From Octopus sinensis (lineage: Eukaryota), in the NCBI RefSeq assembly GCF_006345805.1, contig NC_043017.1:14818001-14882000 (forward strand): a DNA stretch of 64,000 nucleotides, in the 5' to 3' direction. The position numbers were made by a program, and so were the translations under genes. Numbering within the stretch: position 1 is the first letter of the stretch; each line of letters opens with the position of its first letter. Positions 36,700 to 49,770 of the stretch are shown piece after piece. The notes beneath the pieces are model-generated. The model was not told the origin of the DNA, searched no databases, and saw nothing but the letters and a program-made list of their open reading frames with translations.

Positions 36700-39022
36700 G
36701 AAAGTGACACCGACACTACTCTCGGATCACAACATGGTAGAGCTGATTATGTACGGGCCAAAGGAAAGCATGGACATGCAGCCTACAAGAAGCTCTCAGA
36801 ATCTTTCCAGCTTGAACTTCAATAAGGCAAACTGGAAACAAATTGAGAAAGAGATCCTCAAACAAAACTGGCCTGAATGTCTCTCCTCGCCGGACATCGG
36901 CATGAAACTTCAACAATTCATGTCTGTAATGCAAGCCATATGCTACAAATATGTCCCAGAGAGAAAGGCCACTGTACACAAGAACAAAATCCCCAGAGAG
37001 AGGAAAATTTTAATGAGACGGCGTACAAAAATTTCAAATCGCCTAAACAAACAAATTGAAAGCAGTGAAAAGTCCCGCCTGAAAATAAAACTGTTGGAAA
37101 TTGAAAATTGTCTGCAACTCTCCCATGAAAAGGAAAGAGCAGACAAAGAAGCCTGGGCTATAGACAACATAAAAACGAACCCCAGAGATTTCTACAGGTA
37201 TGCCAAAGAAACAGCTACGGTGCACTGTAGGATAGGGTCACTCCTTGAAAAGGATGGCACACTCACAGGAAAACCAATGAGGGTAAGCGAAATACTGAAT
37301 GAACAGTTCAAGAGTGTTTTCACTCCACCCCTTGGGCATTTCCAAATCAGCAATCCAACTGACTTCTTTACCACTGCAGATATAAAATCAGAGGCGGCGA
37401 CGATAAATTACATCGATATAAAGGAAGACGATGTAATAAAGGCTATAGATGAAATGAAAACAGACTCAGCTATTGGCCCCGATGGATTCCCGGCAATCCT
37501 CCTAAAAGCATGTAAGAGAGTCCTAGCAAGACCACTGCAGTTCCTCTTTCAGAGCCTCCTTGCAGCTGGCAAACTTCCAAGAAAACTGAAGGAAGGTAAA
37601 ATATGCCCTATTCATAAAGGAGGTATCAGAGCAGAGGCCAAGAACTACAGACCTATCTCTCTCACCTCACACATCAGTAAGGTCATGGAACGAATAGTTA
37701 GAAGGAAACTAATCACCTTCCTTGAAGAAAATGACTTGCTGCCTGACACCCAACATGGTTTCCGACCAGGAAGAAGCTGCTTAACTCAGCTCCTACAACA
37801 CTATGACTGGGTGCTGAAACAACTGCTCAACCACTCAAATGTGGAAGTCATATATCTCGACTTTGCAAAGGCCTTCGATAAAGTCGATCATGGAATGATA
37901 TGTCACAAACTGCGTGATCTTGGCATAGTTGGAAAATTGGGAGAAAGGCTTCTTGACTTTCTGAAGAATAGAAGTCAGGTGGTAACATCCAATGGGGCCA
38001 CTTCCATTAACACGCAAATAGTGAGAGGTGTTCCGCAGGGCACTGTTTTGGGACCACTACTGTTCATAATGGCCCTCTCAGACATGCCCTCAGCCACGCA
38101 GAGAGCCACGATCACAAGTTATGCAGATGATACAAAAGTCTCACAGGCAATACAGAACCCTGAAGACACTAAGCACCTGCAATGTGAGCTGGACGAAATA
38201 TACAAGTGGGCTGAAAAGAATAGCATGCAGTTCAATGCTGAAAAGTTTCAAGCTTTATACTATCAGCATGCAAAACTGAATGCAATACCCAATGAATACA
38301 CTGGACCCGGAGGGATTGCAATCCCAGAGGCACAATCAGTGCGTGACTTGGGTATTCACATGAGTGATGACGCGACCTTTCATGTACATGTTGCTAAACT
38401 GGCAATGAAATGTAGACGGCTGGCTGGCTGGATTCTTAGAACCTTTAGAACAAGAGAACAAGAAACCATGATGGTCCTCTGGAAGACACTTGTCCTAACC
38501 CACTTTGACTATTGCTCTCAGCTATGGTCACCATCCAGTGTCAAGTTAATCACAGAACTTGAGGCGATCCAACAAAGCTACACAAAGAAGATAGCCTCTA
38601 TGCAGAATGTAAGCTACTGGGAAAGACTCAAGAGATTAAAACTCTATTCCTTGGAGCGTAGGCGAGAAAGATATGCCATAATATATATCTGGAAGATCCT
38701 GGAAGGACTTGTCCCAAACTTTGGCATCGAGAGTCACACAAATGCCAGAACCGGGCGCCACTGCGTAGTACCAAGGACTCCAAATTTGCCATCAAGATGT
38801 AGGACAAGATACTGTGATAGCCTGGGCTTCAGAGGCCCACAGCTCTTCAATATCCTCCCGAAGAACCTGAGGGACCTGCATGGTGTAGATGCGGATGTCT
38901 TTAAAGTAGGACTGGATCTCTTCCTGTCAGGTGTCCCGGATGAACCAACTTCACAGCAGGAGGTGCAGATGAGGGCAGCTGCATCGAACTCTCTCATGCA
39001 TCAGATGACGTTTGCTAAATAG
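36698..39022 (+). CDS. CR1-group LINE ORF2, 5'-truncated (end of APE endonuclease plus complete RT and C-terminal region)
   Basis: 774 uninterrupted codons: LLSDHN (last APE motif), GPDG, NYRPISLTS, QHGFRPGRSC, YLDFAKAFDKVDH, GVPQGTVLGPLLF, YADDTK, YWERLKRLKLYSLERRRER. No true start codon. Confidence 0.93.
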   Translation: MKVTPTLLSDHNMVELIMYGPKESMDMQPTRSSQNLSSLNFNKANWKQIEKEILKQNWPECLSSPDIGMKLQQFMSVMQAICYKYVPERKATVHKNKIPRERKILMRRRTKISNRLNKQIESSEKSRLKIKLLEIENCLQLSHEKERADKEAWAIDNIKTNPRDFYRYAKETATVHCRIGSLLEKDGTLTGKPMRVSEILNEQFKSVFTPPLGHFQISNPTDFFTTADIKSEAATINYIDIKEDDVIKAIDEMKTDSAIGPDGFPAILLKACKRVLARPLQFLFQSLLAAGKLPRKLKEGKICPIHKGGIRAEAKNYRPISLTSHISKVMERIVRRKLITFLEENDLLPDTQHGFRPGRSCLTQLLQHYDWVLKQLLNHSNVEVIYLDFAKAFDKVDHGMICHKLRDLGIVGKLGERLLDFLKNRSQVVTSNGATSINTQIVRGVPQGTVLGPLLFIMALSDMPSATQRATITSYADDTKVSQAIQNPEDTKHLQCELDEIYKWAEKNSMQFNAEKFQALYYQHAKLNAIPNEYTGPGGIAIPEAQSVRDLGIHMSDDATFHVHVAKLAMKCRRLAGWILRTFRTREQETMMVLWKTLVLTHFDYCSQLWSPSSVKLITELEAIQQSYTKKIASMQNVSYWERLKRLKLYSLERRRERYAIIYIWKILEGLVPNFGIESHTNARTGRHCVVPRTPNLPSRCRTRYCDSLGFRGPQLFNILPKNLRDLHGVDADVFKVGLDLFLSGVPDEPTSQQEVQMRAAASNSLMHQMTFAK

Positions 39023-39125
39023 CATCCGTGAGGTGAAATCGTGTAGCAAACCAAATGGCGGTGCCCAAGCATGGCCACAGCTCATTAGCTGAAACTGGAA
39101 AAATCAAAAAAATCAATCAAAAATC

Positions 39126-39126
<1 letters not shown>
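36698..39126 (+). mobile_element. 5'-truncated CR1-group LINE with short 3' UTR and (A)nATC-type tail
   Basis: ORF2 followed by about 75 nt of UTR and the tail aaaaatcaaaaaaatcaatcaaaaatc; no TSD found. Confidence 0.9.
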
Positions 39127-39177
<51 letters not shown>

Positions 39178-39569
39178 TGTTGTATTTTTTAACTACATAC
39201 ACCTAAATCATATGTGGTGTATTTCGAAGGTACATTTGATCCGTTATTTGGTTTAACAACTTGGCCCTTGGGTGTCTCTGGCAGAATCCATGCCCTTGTC
39301 AACCCGATAAAAGACAATGACCACATCCGAGGATGACTCTAACAATTTCCTCGGTGTTGTTACCTAGCGTGACATCACAATGTAGCTCTTGGGGCCTGTG
39401 GCACAATCCACTTTTCTAAGAAAACTATTCTTTCTTTTCTCGCATGTGCGAGGCCATTTAAAGTCAACTTAAACAAAATTCATTGAGATAGAAGACGAAA
39501 TGTGCTTCTGATCGACAACATAAGAAAATTTTGTAGAGTGACCTTTGAGATACGCATACTTAATACGGT

Positions 39570-39660
39570 TTGACCCGGATCACTGCCCGCTGGGTTCAAA
39601 TCCTGCTGTTGAGGTCAAGTTTAGTTTTCATAATTTAGGGGTCGATAAATTAAGCAACAA
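39570..39660 (+). mobile_element. SINE family 2 fragment
   Basis: gggttcaaatcctgctgttgaggtcaagttt...ggggtcgataaattaag. Confidence 0.55.
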
Positions 39661-39811
39661 CTCCCTAAATCGATGGTGAAAAGAATCGGCAGAAGAAAGA
39701 AGTTTTTTGATTTCTTGTTCAGAATGTTCTTCTCGCGGTTTAGCACATTAAAATGAAAATTATTTCAAGAAAATTTAACATTAAATTTTGCCAGTTTTAG
39801 ACAAGTATATG

Positions 39812-39916
<105 letters not shown>

Positions 39917-41883
39917 ACTTGGATAGCTTCCCAGTATAAAATGTCGAAACATCTTCAGTACATGTCAGCTGTTTCTGGTGAAATGAATTTTGTAAATTGT
40001 CACAAAAATACAATGATAGCCATAAGCTAGATATGAACTCATGACCTCAAGGCCGAAGCTTCTATAGATTATGTACTCGATCACAATTCTTAACACCTCT
40101 ACAAACCGTGTGGGTTTCATAAGTATAATCAATTGGAGGTAGACCAACAGCGAGAAGGAAATAATTGGCTCAATGATGAATAACTTTGGTTTCAAAAATT
40201 AAGAGGAAACCTACAGAAACTAAATTTGTATAAGAGTACTTAAGAATTAAGAAAAGTAGAGCATGTAGTGATGGTGAGAACAGAATTTCATCTTCTTCCA
40301 TTTCATCTACTCATTATTTTAAGATGAGTCACCAATCGGTTGTTATTCCCTAAAATTATTATATTTCTCAGTCAGACAGTTCTTATAAGCTGAGGAGATC
40401 TACCAAAGCTAAAACACGTCTAGCGTTGTCTACCCTTTCTTACCAAAGATGAAGCTGTGGACACACATGGTTCACATTTCAGTTCATATTATTTACTTTG
40501 AAGTTAACTCTCTTTGTGCAGAATTAATCCTTAATAAAGGATGTTTTCATCTCATGATATTTAATTTTCCCTAAACTTTGTCTCATCACATTAATTAGTA
40601 TATTAACCCTGACATAATTACTCTGGCGGCATTCGATCGTTACATGTTAGTGTTCCATGACTAGCAAACCCTTTCGAGAAAATATTATCAGAAATCATAC
40701 GAAATCGCCTTATATAAATCTGTGTCAGTGACTTCACATTAGAGCCATGAAGGGAGAGTTCCTTGATGCCAAAGTTTTCAATTGCGGCCCAAACCAATAA
40801 AGATTATTGAAACTCTGAAATACATGGCGTCAAGCGATTGCTCAGTAATATCGGAGAAGTATTAGAAATATTTAATATGACTCGTAATATGACTCATAAT
40901 ATGACTCGTCAAATCATTGAAAATAATGTTTAAATCAGAGTAACTTCCCTTACCTTTCCTTAGTTTATTTAATTGCCCGGTATTCTTGCTCTATTAATAT
41001 TGGCTGAATAAAGGTACAGTACTGTCCGCATCAACACAGTCAATGCAGATTTTACTTGGGATCAGGAAATGGCTTCTTTTTGTATTATATATACATACAG
41101 ATTTACACATACAAACACACACACACACACAGACACACACACACACATATATATATGTAGGTGTAAGTTATATGTTTAGCCTCCTTTCGACAACAGAGGA
41201 GGCAGCACGACAAAACTTACAGCTGTTATATTATACGATATGAAATATTTTATATTTCCTATTGAATTGTGTATCAGACAATTTTTTATCACTACATAGC
41301 TTATACTCACATATATACTAAATCGTATATACACACATTATATATATATATATATATATAATATATATATATATATACTACATACACATACATGTATACA
41401 CACAGACACATATGTGTATGTATAATCACACACCATACGTTATTTCTCATTTTGTACATTTTAATATAAGATGTGCCCGCAGGAATCGGTAGAGAGAGGT
41501 TAAATTTTGAATAAAGAAACTTTTGATGTAGAGAAAGCAGTGGACAGCTTTATAATTAGGTTGCTAATAGTTACAACATAAATGGGTTTCCATCCAGTAA
41601 CCCACCCCTAAAAAAGTACCTCAAGAAGAATATGTGAAAATATGTTTCTGTATTTACGATAATTATATTCGAATGTGATCACTGAAAGATCAGAATTCTT
41701 CGATTTCACACAATTAAATGAATCATTTCTTTGCCTGTAATAACCTTTCACTGTCTCTGGAAATGGAAGGAAATGTCTGTCGCCTAAGGAATTACCATTT
41801 CACTTCTGAAATTTTTAATATTTGAGAGAGAAGAGATATATGTACACACACACACACACACACAATATACATACATACATACC

Positions 41884-41924
<41 letters not shown>

Positions 41925-42686
41925 ATATATGTGTATATATATATATGTATACACACACACACAGTATCACCTGATTGCTACAGCCGTTATATTGTAGCGT
42001 TGCCATTGGCGATAAACGCTATTCCCCGTTCACTCACTTTGCCGTAATAATAATTAAAATTCAACAGTCCTTTCATATTTATTTCTCATTTATGCTGAAG
42101 TTAATAAAATTCATACAATTCTACTCACATACACCTGTTTCAATCTGAAATTGACTTCTTCAGTGCAATGTCGAATTTAAATCTCTGAAAACGAAATGTA
42201 GGTATAGTTCATCTTCGAATTTGCTTCTTGTAAATTTGAAATCTAACTAAAGTTAGATTTCAAGGTAACCACATGATCTTTTTCATTATTAAAAATTCAG
42301 GTAGATAGATGAATAGGAGGCCAGACCCGTGGATAGTAAGCGTGGGAGATTATATATACACAGACACTAGAGAGGCATGGTGGCTATTCTCACAGAATGT
42401 GACACGGTTTTAAACCTGTCACTCTGCCATAAATATTACACAGGAAATAAATATTCAAATTTTAGGTAATGTCTCACCATAATACAACTGGAAACTGACT
42501 TTAATCTTGAATTCTGAGAATCGTTTATTGGATTTGAAAATGAATAACGACTATTGCAAGGACAGAACCAGGAGAAGAATAATTGATCATTTCTCATGTT
42601 ACACGCTCATTATATAAACTCATACAATGTAGGTGTGTGCTTGTGTGCGTGTTTGTGTGTGTGTGTATGTGTGTGTGTGTGTGTGT

Positions 42687-42718
<32 letters not shown>

Positions 42719-45532
42719 ACGTGCTTATTATAAAGATAACGATGGACAGATATTGATTTTGCGGTACCATCTGTCGCACAAATATTTATAAATGTTTTGG
42801 CCTAGTAATACAAATTGAACATTTTAAAATTAGGTCATTACACTTAACGGTGGCAATTATGATTGTGATTAAGATAATATAAAGCTTCTATTTGAAAGCC
42901 TAATTAAAGTACTTAATTATGCAGCAAAACTGATTGTTCCTTCCTCTAAAATTAGAGATCGTAATTGTTTGCCGGAAAATGAAGTCGCTCAAATATTTTT
43001 CGATTAATACCAAATTATTATCAGTTTCCTATAATTTTGTTCACTTTAATCAGAAGGCGTTACCATCTGTTTATAAAATAAGGCGTAAGACTATCTGACT
43101 TCTTAACCCGCCAGTGATAGCAGCCAAAATCTAATATCACTAAAATCTTAAGACACTAAAGATTACTTTAGATAATATAATACTACATCGTTTTAACAGG
43201 TATTGGTGGTCACATGTGGAATATTCTTGACTAAATAATATTATTTTTTTAAGCCTTAAATTCATGATCTAGAGGATATGTTATCCGCTATTTTAAGCGG
43301 ATCAACGTGTCACCTAGTGGTATCTTATTGATTCGTAAAGGAACATCGCTGAATGTGATCGTAATCCATGGTTAAAGTCTAGGTAAAAGTTTATGGCCGG
43401 TGGTTGTGTGTGAGTTAACGGTATAGGTGTATGATGTTACAGTCTAGGAGCTAGTGTTCAGGCATGTTAAAATTATAAATTACAAGTTTGCTGAGCTCCA
43501 AAGCAGCCCAGAACAAGCAGGCTTGGGATCAAATCCAAATCTTGTGGGTTATTTAATTTTCTTTGTATCTAACGTTGCATTTATAATATTTCTATTTACT
43601 CTCGAATGAGGCCACTGAATACATCCCATCCACAGAACATTTATGTTTCGTTTGATGCATAAACCAACGACGACCTCAAAAGAAGTCACCTTTCTAAAGA
43701 CATTAACCTTGGGATTAGTTTACAAATTGTTTTACACTCTTAAGAATGCTTTTATTGATCTTTATTAATTAGATCTATATTAATTAGATCTATATTAATT
43801 AGAAATCCAATTTGTCGTTCATTGTCCCCTATTTAGACATTAAAACATTGTCGTGCTAAACAATGTTGGCAGCGTAACCTAATACAACATGCCAGTATTG
43901 ACAAGTCAGAAGTTCTCATTATTAAACTTTCTCTTGTCGACAGCTGTTCTTAGTTTCGTCAATTCCTCACCACTTAAATAGATCATCATGTAAGTCTTTA
44001 ACCATTCTTGAAGACCGTGGGGCGTGATTTCCTCGAGATTTGATCTCGTTGTCTAACAATGCATGCACTTTATGGAATCAGTTCACACTTGCAAGCTGCT
44101 CCGCTCAGTGCCCTTTGCAAGTGTAGCATACCAATAAGCCGTAAGTGCATGTGCAATGCAGAAGTGTAAGACGGTTTTATTGAAGTGGCGTGGAATTGAT
44201 TAAGATAGAAACAGGTACAGCCAATTAATTTCGGCTTGGTCGAGTAGATAAGCAGTCGATATCGTGTCGTGAATGACAACATTATTATATGTCTATGGTG
44301 GAGCCGAAGAGATAAACGTTAAAATGGCGGTAGGGAGTAATGCAATGTTATCTTTGAAACAATGGAAGTTAAGAACAAAACAATTGGAAAAGTTAGAATT
44401 AATGAATTTAGGGATTAGTTTTAGATTATTTATAAATTTAATTAAATGTGGATGTACTGAAGATGTTAAAAAGGAAATATTATGGATCATCCGGTGTTTC
44501 TCCGATCAAATAAATATATATTCATTCCGGCCGTGATCGCCCAGTCTTTATCAAATAAATTCTTTATAAAATCACATGATTCTAACATCCAACTTTATGA
44601 CAACAGCATGTTGCATGAATACTCAGCAACGTACTCGAATTTGTGGCCAATTACATATCTCCTGTGTCTTCTCTTTGTTTTAACTTCTCTACTGTAGTGT
44701 CATTTGCTACCCAGAGCTGATGTCTGCTTTCTTGTCACAGACATTCAAACACATTGGACACATCTATTTCTTATCCCTCTCTCAGCTATATTCTATTCAG
44801 CACCGTATCCTCACTACTTTACCAGCTTATAATTCATTTCCCGTCTTTTTTTTTCCCAAATCGTTGATTTTTTTCAGCCATTTAATGGAAACATCGACGA
44901 CAATCTAAAGAGTCTAAAAAAGCACCGAGTGTCAAGGCCAATGGAATTTCATCAGACCAGAATCTGGTAAAGTGAAAAGGTTTCCATGTTGTTGTTATTG
45001 TTTAGAAATGTATGGAAGTCGAAGGATTAAGTTGAAATATCTCATTCATCAATAGTTTCTTTAGAAATGGTTTTATTTCTGAAATTCTACCGAGATTGGT
45101 TTTGGTGCTGATATGTCAATGAATAGTTCCTCATCAATTGCAGCATCTACTGCTATATCTAAACACTCGAGGTTTCAGAAAACATTTTATTTGTTTTATT
45201 TCATCTAATATTTCATTACACGATTTATTATTTCTGTCTAAAACAAATTAAAAAGATACAAACAAAATAAATTATATCGATTTGATTTTGCTGTCCTCTG
45301 CCGTATGTCTTCTTGTGAAGATGGTGACAGCAGTGAATGTAGAAGAGAAATTCTGAGAAGAGGAAGTCAATAAAATTAGTCATCTATACGGCAACAATCA
45401 AAAAGGAAGACATAACATTCAGAAAATTCATTTCTCTAATTCCTCAAATATTTATTTCGAAAATAATTATGTTCTTATTTCCTCGCTTTTATTTAGTTCG
45501 TAAGTTCTATTTATGAGGTCCATCCCGCTCTC

Positions 45533-45567
45533 TTCTTCTTCTTCTTCTTCTTCTTCTTCTTCTTCTT
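45533..45567. repeat. (CTT)n microsatellite
   Basis: Directly visible. Confidence 0.95.
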
Positions 45568-47759
45568 CATATTGAATTAAAGCAAATTATATTTTAGATT
45601 TTCGAAAAGATATGTAAGATGATTTAAGATAATTGTATTTTCCTGCACTAAAATATCGATTTCTTTTGGTTCGGTAATAAGGAATTGAATATATTTGATT
45701 CGAAGATATGACAACTTTCGTAAGCATTTCTCGCTGATAATCAACACCAAAAGTTGGTTTCTATTTACAGTGGAAAGCTCTCAGTATTTGTCCTCAGGGC
45801 GTTAAAAAGACCCGATCCGATCCCATTAACATCATCTCCTCCACATTATATGCGTAAGATCTTTCATTTCAGAAGTGGTTCACAGAAGGAAGGGCAGCAC
45901 ATAGGGCCTTTTAGCCTGTATTCTGGTAATGCAGCAAGTAAATCAACACGAGACCTGGTTCCAGCTGTTAGCGATAGAAACAATTTGCTAAAGAACACAA
46001 GGATCAGGTGACTTTTTTAATTTGGTCACCCTTCTCGAAATAGGGTGAATTGCATTAAAAGGTATCCAAAAACAACCAAATGGTGAAGTTTAACTGGGTA
46101 ATGGGTTGAATCTTTTTTCCCCACAAAATCCAAAGAAACCCACTAAAACCATCCACAGAGCAGGTGATGAGGCTGACGGCGGACGAAGTTTTCTTATTAA
46201 GGACACGAACAATAATATCATCGATGGTTTTTCAGTTTTCGTCTCCAAACTTCTCAAAATGTTTAGGTCAGCCCATGATAGACGATTCTGGACTGACGGA
46301 CAGGACAACGGGTGCCGAAGCCTATCTCATGTACTTCCGAAGAACCACATAGCCGTTCCTTCTAAGACTATTTAGAAACGTACTCTCAAACTTAGTGGTG
46401 TATCTAATTTTTCCTCCACCCTGATTCATTATTCCAATAATTTTAGGGGCCAACGTGAAGTATGTTTGAACCACCCGAATCTAGAGATCAAAGTAACTGT
46501 TCCAACATAAACTCAAACATCGATGGTATCAAAAAGAATCAAAGCTATACCTCAGTTGGATACAATACCTGGAAACCACATTTGGTTCCGATCGAAACAT
46601 TAAAGCAGGAACATTATGAATAAGAAACGTCTTATGCCGTGGTATCATGACTATGAGACTTTACGATCCGACACAGGCTTTGTGTGTGTTTGTGTATACG
46701 TATAAACGGAGCATGTCCGTGTTGCTTCCAGAATCAGGATATACCATGAAAATAGATTAGGTAATAAATTCTTAGCGTCGATTGAGATATACGAGATATG
46801 AGACGTGGAAACCACATTCATATCCTACATAGAGCTGACGAGGGAAGTAATCCAGGTGTATGAAATGTTTCCGCTATTATGTTAATGTTATTCCCCTATC
46901 TGTTACTGTTCTATAGAACTCATTTTACAAGACTAAGATTGTATTTGCACCATATGTTACCTTGATAGAGCGTGTTACGGGGACTAACGGGAAAAGACTG
47001 CTTTACAAATAGTTAGTTTTTAAACAAACCTGAATGCTGTTATGTGTCTAATATGAAATACAAACGCGCACAAAGAGGTATAGCTTTTTGCCACGATACT
47101 ATTGGAAAGAAATGTTATATATTGGAACTTGAAACGAGATGATATTTCAAACTTTACTCCGTTTTACAAATTTCTTCGGGTGGATATTTATCCATGGTTT
47201 TCTGTATATTCTTTGGCATACAGTCTTAAGAGAAAATCATTTTAATCAATAGTTTTCTTTTGATTGTTAAATCAATAGAAATAGCAAAAGAAGCTAATTT
47301 CAAATATATTGGAGAATAAAAGGGTTGAGCTGTTACAGTGTGTATATCATAGCATGGACATAGCTTTATAATTCAATGTGATACAACTTGGAGTTTCTGA
47401 AAAAAATTTTTTTAGTTTTTAGTTCGATATTGGAAATATGTTTTGCATTGTTATTTAAAAATGTTTTTCTCTAACAGTGATATTTTGTTGATATTTAATA
47501 ACAAGAAATCTATCGACTTAAACTCAGTGAACGTGATATAAGTTTGAAGCGAGCGAATATTCAACAGCGATTGGCAGGAGAATCTCGACAGACTGGATGA
47601 GGAACGTTTTACAGAAACTTCAGAATGACAAAGAGAAAGAAAGAAAGGAAACCAATATCAGTTTAATTGGAATGTTAAAGGAGTTTGTCGATTCTTATGT
47701 TTTTAACTGAAGAACCATCACGTTCATTCTTGATTTGGTTTTGAGGAAGAAATTGTACT

Positions 47760-48250
47760 CGGAGTATCCAAGTCGTTGAATACTTTTGAGAACGATGGCG
47801 TCAATATTCGTTTTGAACAACGGTAAGTCGATAACTGCAGAGGAAAACGTGGGAAGAGAGATATTTGAGAAAGAAGGAAGGACTGGGTCGAGTGGATTCA
47901 CTAGGGGTAGAAAGCGGGGAGACGGATAAACAAGTTGGTTGGGAAACCTGAATAAAATTCGAAGTCAATGTAGTAGCTGTAGAATTGTCAAAGAGAGGAC
48001 ACGGAGGATGTAGTGTGAAGTAGAAGCGGATGACGAAGGCAGGTTTTGACTTATCTCGAGTATCATAGCAATTGGTCGATTCCAGGCATTAAACTGTTGA
48101 ATATCCACTTCACATTGATAGCATTTTGAATGAGTCCGTTGAGGAATAATTAAACAAAGCATTGCCACAATTCCTTCGTACTTTTCCATTGATTCCAGAT
48201 ATTACTAGAAATCGGTAAGAAGTAATCAGTCTTCAAGAATCAACTCTAAT
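47760..48250 (-). pseudogene. Decayed CR1/L2-like LINE 3' end
   Basis: VSSL*QFYSYY (cf. VSSLCLFYRYY) and SLPT...AVIDLPLFKTNIDAI (cf. WNSLP....DLQLFKTNIN) in the expected order. Confidence 0.45.
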
Positions 48251-48405
48251 AATGCTCGTTTGGAGAACGTAGAATTATTGCTTAATTTTTCTGCTATGAT
48301 TATAATCAGTTATAGCTACACATTATTATCTTTCAATATACACACAAAAAGCACTTGTACTCCTAGATACATATATGCAAAATATATATGTATATATAGA
48401 GAAGC

Positions 48406-48457
<52 letters not shown>

Positions 48458-48528
48458 GTGTGTGTGTGTATCTATGCATGGTTTTTATTCGTACATATTG
48501 GTGCATGTGTACACACGCACAGACACAG

Positions 48529-48581
<53 letters not shown>

Positions 48582-49332
48582 ATACACAGGTGCACACATC
48601 TATCCCGATTTCAGTAGATTTCCAGCCTGCAGTAATCGATGTAGTTACGACTGAATGAAGTGGGGAAAGCAGAAAGACAAAAGGCTAGAATTAATTCTTC
48701 AACAAATCATTGGAATTTATTTCTCAATTCTACACAACTGTCTGCCTTAATGTCTTATTGTTCAGACATGTACCACGTAGTCTGCTTGGCATATTACTTA
48801 CTGCAGCGATGACGAATAAAACGTCTTATATATATGTATGCATTAGTAACCATATGCGAATATAAACGCATATATTGCATAAATATGCACACACACATAC
48901 ATACACACATACATGCATACATACATACATATATATACACATACATACACACATACAACCTTGGCGCGTGTATTTATTTCTTTTTGGGGTCGTGGAATAT
49001 AAGATATTTAGATCCCACTTGTTTTGAATATGTAAAACATAGCAAGTATTATGTAAAAGAGGCTTCTCTGGGTTTTTTTTCGAATTATAAAATATTTCCA
49101 AGACACACACACGTGTGTACGTATATGTGGATGTATATGTATGTGTCTGTATTAGAAAACGAATGGTTTGTGCGTGTTACAAGGAGAGAAAGAGTTGGAG
49201 CGAGATGTTTGTGTCAAAGCCACATCTTCTGGTGCTAAGGACTGGATATCATTACATGACAGAACATGGGAATAAACAAATATACGAAACGATTGATGAT
49301 GGAATACGCTCATATACACTCCCACCCACTAT

Positions 49333-49631
49333 ATATATATATATATATAATGAAGGTGTGAGCTGTAGGGTTTAGGACATTGCGCTCAGGATCGCTTCGC
49401 GTTGTGTTCTTGTGTTCCTGTGAAAAACTCTTTATTTCATGCTGCTCCAGTCCACTCAGCTGTAGATGGATCACCCTGTGACTGCATAGCTTTCCGATCA
49501 GTGGGGGAATGTTAGCCTGCTCACCTAGCCAGTGGTGTGGCATCATTCGAAAGCTAAAAACGATGCAAAAACAAAAGGATGATTGGGACCAACTATGTAT
49601 AAGAATACCCGATTGTCTGGTCGATCACATG

Positions 49632-49634
<3 letters not shown>
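49333..49634 (+). mobile_element. SINE (family 4), decayed
   Basis: actctttatttcatgctgctccagtccactcagctg...gcctgctcacctagccag...cattcgaaagctaaaa...ctggtcgatcac.tgat, as I recall for an octopus SINE. Confidence 0.6.
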
Positions 49635-49693
<59 letters not shown>

Positions 49694-49698
49694 GTGTT

Positions 49699-49770
49699 TA
49701 TCGTGATCGACCAGACAATCGAATGTTATTCTACATCGTTGTTGTAACTCTTTTCCTTTGACCACGCTGT
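49699..49770 (-). mobile_element. SINE family 4 tail, inverted
   Basis: Reverse complement ends ...aataacattcgattgtctggtcgatcacgata, the same tail as 49600-49634. Confidence 0.5.

Noticed and set aside
45771-45860. Candidate exon between tttacag and gtaag
   Set aside because: No recognisable protein similarity, and the next apparent acceptor gives an impossibly short intron.
46106-46375. Short ORFs with gtgatgaggctgacggc and IHRAGDEADG
   Set aside because: Neither a hammerhead nor a retroelement motif could be completed; no splice support.
47695-47901. ISLPTFS resembling Bel/Pao gag (DUF1759)
   Set aside because: Neighbouring frames match a CR1/L2 C-terminus better, and no LTRs were seen.
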